Assembly (NCBI GenBank): GCA_027491395.1
Contig: JAOZFI010000048.1
Location: 1-18,880 of the forward strand
Origin: Thermoproteota archaeon
GTDB lineage: Archaea > Korarchaeota > Korarchaeia > Korarchaeales > Korarchaeaceae
Direction of reading: 5' to 3'
DNA: 18,880 nt
This document shows positions 16,079 through 18,880 of this stretch, one piece after another (the first letter of the stretch is position 1; each line of letters opens with the position of its first letter). The position numbers were made by a program, and so were the translations under genes. Under the pieces are notes generated by a model. The model saw only the letters and a list, made by a program, of their open reading frames with translations, was not told the DNA's origin and searched no databases.

Positions 16079-16840
16079 TTGGCTGATATGATGAATTTAA
16101 AAAATCTTCTTCTAGTGGGGGCCGCGGCTCTCGCAGTCCTAGCTATCTCAGTTATCGTGATAGCGGGACCTTGGTCCCCACTATATCCTCAGACACCGAA
16201 TATGGGGAGCGGCTCTAATCAACCCGGGGTTTCGCCCGGTGGCATGGGAGGCCCGAGGATGGGCCAACCTAGGTCCGGCCCCGGGTCTGGTATGGGGCCA
16301 GGAATGGGAGGCCCTTGGGGAACTGGAGGTCCTTATACAGGAACCTACTCCGAAATCTCCTTGGACGACGCCATGGAGGCCTTCAGACAGTATATCAGAG
16401 GATTAGGATCAAATCTAGAACTCTTGGAGGTAATGGAGTTTCAACATAACTTCTATGCTGCTGCCAAGGAGAAGGACACTGGAATGGGGGCGTTCGAGCT
16501 TCTCCTGTGGAAAGGAAATGGGAGAATTACCCCAGAGCCCGGACCCAATATGATGTGGAACCTTAAGTACGGCATGAGAATGGCAAGGTCATACGGCGAT
16601 TATACTCCAACGCTGAACGAGGATGAAGCTAGAGAGATGGCTATAGCTTCCCTCCGAAAACTGTTCCCCGGTAGTGAGGTGGAGATAGAGGAAGCCATAC
16701 CCTTCTACGGATATTACACCTTCGACTATAGCGTGGATGGGAGGATGACGGGAATGCTCAGCGTCAACGCCTTCTCCGGCGAGATCTGGTATCACACTTG
16801 GCATGGCTACTTCATAGATATGAGGGAGGTCGAGGACTGA
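16079..16840 (+). CDS. Exported or membrane-anchored hypothetical protein with Gly/Met/Pro-rich region and two PepSY-like repeats
   Basis: N-terminal hydrophobic helix, GMGP-type repeats, ISLDDA.EA...EF..NFY and LNEDEA.E.A...FYGYYT...LSVNAFSGEIWYHTWHG. The start may be ATG 16088 or 16091. Confidence 0.8.
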   Translation: MADMMNLKNLLLVGAAALAVLAISVIVIAGPWSPLYPQTPNMGSGSNQPGVSPGGMGGPRMGQPRSGPGSGMGPGMGGPWGTGGPYTGTYSEISLDDAMEAFRQYIRGLGSNLELLEVMEFQHNFYAAAKEKDTGMGAFELLLWKGNGRITPEPGPNMMWNLKYGMRMARSYGDYTPTLNEDEAREMAIASLRKLFPGSEVEIEEAIPFYGYYTFDYSVDGRMTGMLSVNAFSGEIWYHTWHGYFIDMREVED

Positions 16841-16977
16841 TGTGCTGGGGATGCGGTTGGGGCTGGGGAATGGGTTGGTGGGGATTCACTTGGTTCATTG
16901 GCCCCCTGATCCTGATCGGAGCTATAGCACTTCTGTTCTTCCTCTTGGGAAGGGAATCCTCTAGGAAGGAGCGCTAA
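16840..16977 (+). CDS. 45-aa Trp/Gly-rich single-pass membrane peptide with N-terminal CxxC (not in ORF track)
   Basis: The ATG overlaps the previous stop (TGATG); translation MCWGCGWGWGMGWWGFTWFIGPLILIGAIALLFFLLGRESSRKER*. Confidence 0.78.
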   Translation: MCWGCGWGWGMGWWGFTWFIGPLILIGAIALLFFLLGRESSRKER

Positions 16978-17015
16978 CCTTATTCTCTTTCTAATCAAAG
17001 GGAGGGTGTGGGCTT

Positions 17016-18880
17016 ATGGAGGATAATCCCCATCATCTACGTCATGGTCACGAGCACATCGGGAATGCTGAAGTCGATCAGTTTCGTGAGCACAAGGGTC
17101 ACTCCCATAATGGAGGTCATACGGATCACTCCTCCCACCATAAGCGGATGATGGAGGATTTCAAGCGAAGGTTCGTAATATCTACCTTAATAACGGTACC
17201 TATCCTCATCCTCTCACCCTTAGTTCAGAGCTTCCTAGGAATAAAGGTGGAGTTCCCTGGGAGCAATCTGCTCCTGTTCGCCCTCTCGCTATTCGTTTAC
17301 CTGTACGGGGGGAAGCCCTTCTTAGCTGGAATGAGAGATGAGATAGTGAAGCGCTCCCCCGGCATGATGACTCTCATTGCATTGGCCATATCCGTGGCCT
17401 TCTTCTATAGTTCAGCCGTGACCTTCGGGCTTCAGGGCAGGACATTCTACTGGGAACTGGCGACTCTGATCGACATAATGCTGCTGGGCCATTACATAGA
17501 GATGAGGTCCGTTCTAGGGGCTTCGAGGGCGCTTGAGGAGCTGGTCAAACTCATGCCAACGGAGGCTCACCTGATCACGAACGGTGAGGTCAGAGACGTT
17601 CCTGTGAGTCATCTCAAGCCTGGAAACGTTGTTCTGGTGAAACCAGGGGAGAAGATACCAGCAGATGGTATCGTTATAGAGGGCGAGACGAGCGTGGACG
17701 AATCTATGCTTACGGGCGAGTCAAACCCCATCTACAAGGGACCTGGGGACGAGGTGGTTGGGGGATCAGTGAATCTGGAGGGGTCAGTGAAGGTGGAGGT
17801 CAGACGGACTGGAAAGGAGAGCTACCTGATGCAGGTGCTCGAGCTCGTGAGGAGAGCGCAGGAATCTAGGTCGAGGACCCAAGATCTGGCTAACAGGGCG
17901 TCCCGCTGGTTAACCATCATCTCCATTAGCGTGGGGACAGTGACATTCTTGGCTTGGCTATGGGCAGGCATGCCTTCAGTCTTCTCTCTGGAGAGGAGCG
18001 TTACCGTAATGGTAATAACCTGTCCTCATGCCTTGGGCCTCGCAATCCCACTGGTGGTCGCAGTTTCCACTTCCCTTTCGGCCAAGAAGGGAATACTCAT
18101 CAGGGACAGGGAGGCGTTCGAGAGGGCTAAGGATGTCGATATTGTCGTTTTTGACAAGACCGGTACCCTCACGGAGGGAAGGTTTGAGGTGACGGATGTC
18201 ATCCCTCTCGAGCTTGAACGCGATGATGCGCTCAGGCTCGCTGCATCACTGGAATCTAGGTCAGAACATCCCATAGCCAAGGGAATAGTGGAAAAAGCAG
18301 AAGAGGAGGGGCTGGAACTAGAGGAAGCGAGTGAATTCAGGGCTATTCCGGGTAAAGGGGCTGAAGGGGTCGTAAATGGAAGGAGTGTCGTGGTCGCCAG
18401 TCCAAAGCTCCTCGAAGAATTGGGTCTAGGCGACGGAATCGAGGTAGAGGATGTGAAGAGGGTCATGGGACAGGGGAAGACGGTGATATTTCTCGTAGTG
18501 GACGGGAAGCTAGCCGGGGCCATAGCTCTTGCTGACAGGATAAGGGACGAGTCGAAAGAAGCAGTATCCAAACTGAGGGAGAGGGGCGTCAAGGTCTACA
18601 TGCTCACCGGAGACAACCAGAAGGTGGCTAAATGGGTCGCCGATGAGCTGGGACTGGACGGGTACTTCGCCGAGGTTCTACCTCACGAGAAGGCCGAGAA
18701 GGTGGAGGAGCTGAAGTCCCTTGGAGTGGTCGCTATGGTGGGCGATGGAATAAACGATGCTCCTGCCCTAGTTCAGTCAGATGTGGGTATAGCTATCGGT
18801 GCTGGGACCGATGTGGCCATCGAGAGCGCCGACATAGTATTGGTGAGGAACGACCCTAGGGATGTGGTGCAGGTAATGGA
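17016..18880 (+). CDS. copB: Copper-translocating P1B-type ATPase, His-rich CPH (P1B-3) type; 3' end outside the window
   Basis: Not in ORF track because it has no stop in the window. SD GGAGG at 17001-17005; N-terminus [14 protein letters not shown]... with 12 His in 42 aa; PGMMTL, TGES, CPH (18021), DKTGTLT (18153), SEHP, MLTGDN, GDGIND (18741), all in one frame. Confidence 0.95.
   Translation, partial: MEDNPHHLRHGHEHIGNAEVDQFREHKGHSHNGGHTDHSSHHKRMMEDFKRRFVISTLITVPILILSPLVQSFLGIKVEFPGSNLLLFALSLFVYLYGGKPFLAGMRDEIVKRSPGMMTLIALAISVAFFYSSAVTFGLQGRTFYWELATLIDIMLLGHYIEMRSVLGASRALEELVKLMPTEAHLITNGEVRDVPVSHLKPGNVVLVKPGEKIPADGIVIEGETSVDESMLTGESNPIYKGPGDEVVGGSVNLEGSVKVEVRRTGKESYLMQVLELVRRAQESRSRTQDLANRASRWLTIISISVGTVTFLAWLWAGMPSVFSLERSVTVMVITCPHALGLAIPLVVAVSTSLSAKKGILIRDREAFERAKDVDIVVFDKTGTLTEGRFEVTDVIPLELERDDALRLAASLESRSEHPIAKGIVEKAEEEGLELEEASEFRAIPGKGAEGVVNGRSVVVASPKLLEELGLGDGIEVEDVKRVMGQGKTVIFLVVDGKLAGAIALADRIRDESKEAVSKLRERGVKVYMLTGDNQKVAKWVADELGLDGYFAEVLPHEKAEKVEELKSLGVVAMVGDGINDAPALVQSDVGIAIGAGTDVAIESADIVLVRNDPRDVVQVM

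Overview
Prokaryotic window, most likely from a thermophilic archaeon. This is inferred from AGG/ATA-rich codon usage, TATA-box promoters about 25 nt before start codons, and archaeal gene families; Korarchaeia-like is plausible but unverified. The left half carries a PfkB sugar kinase, an archaeal ATPase-wHTH-DUF234 gene behind a palindromic operator-like site, and a tightly coupled putative metallocluster-assembly operon (SufT/DUF59, a Panacea/DUF4065-like protein, two ferredoxin-inserted MinD-like ATPases, a NifB/NifX-family protein). It also carries an SDR, an orphan flippase, a DHH phosphoesterase and a DapA-family aldolase. The centre holds a 1309-codon multidomain surface protein gene broken by one in-frame TAG, then an AT-rich insert with a 5'-truncated membrane-protein gene flanked by a decayed second copy of the 3' end of the adjacent tRNA-binding (CsaA/Trbp111) gene. 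The right end has a Zn-dependent MDR dehydrogenase and a probable copper locus: a Met/Gly-rich exported protein, an unannotated 45-aa Trp/Gly/CxxC membrane peptide and a His-rich CPH-type P1B ATPase (CopB) running off the window. No rRNA, tRNA, CRISPR array or recognisable transposase was seen.
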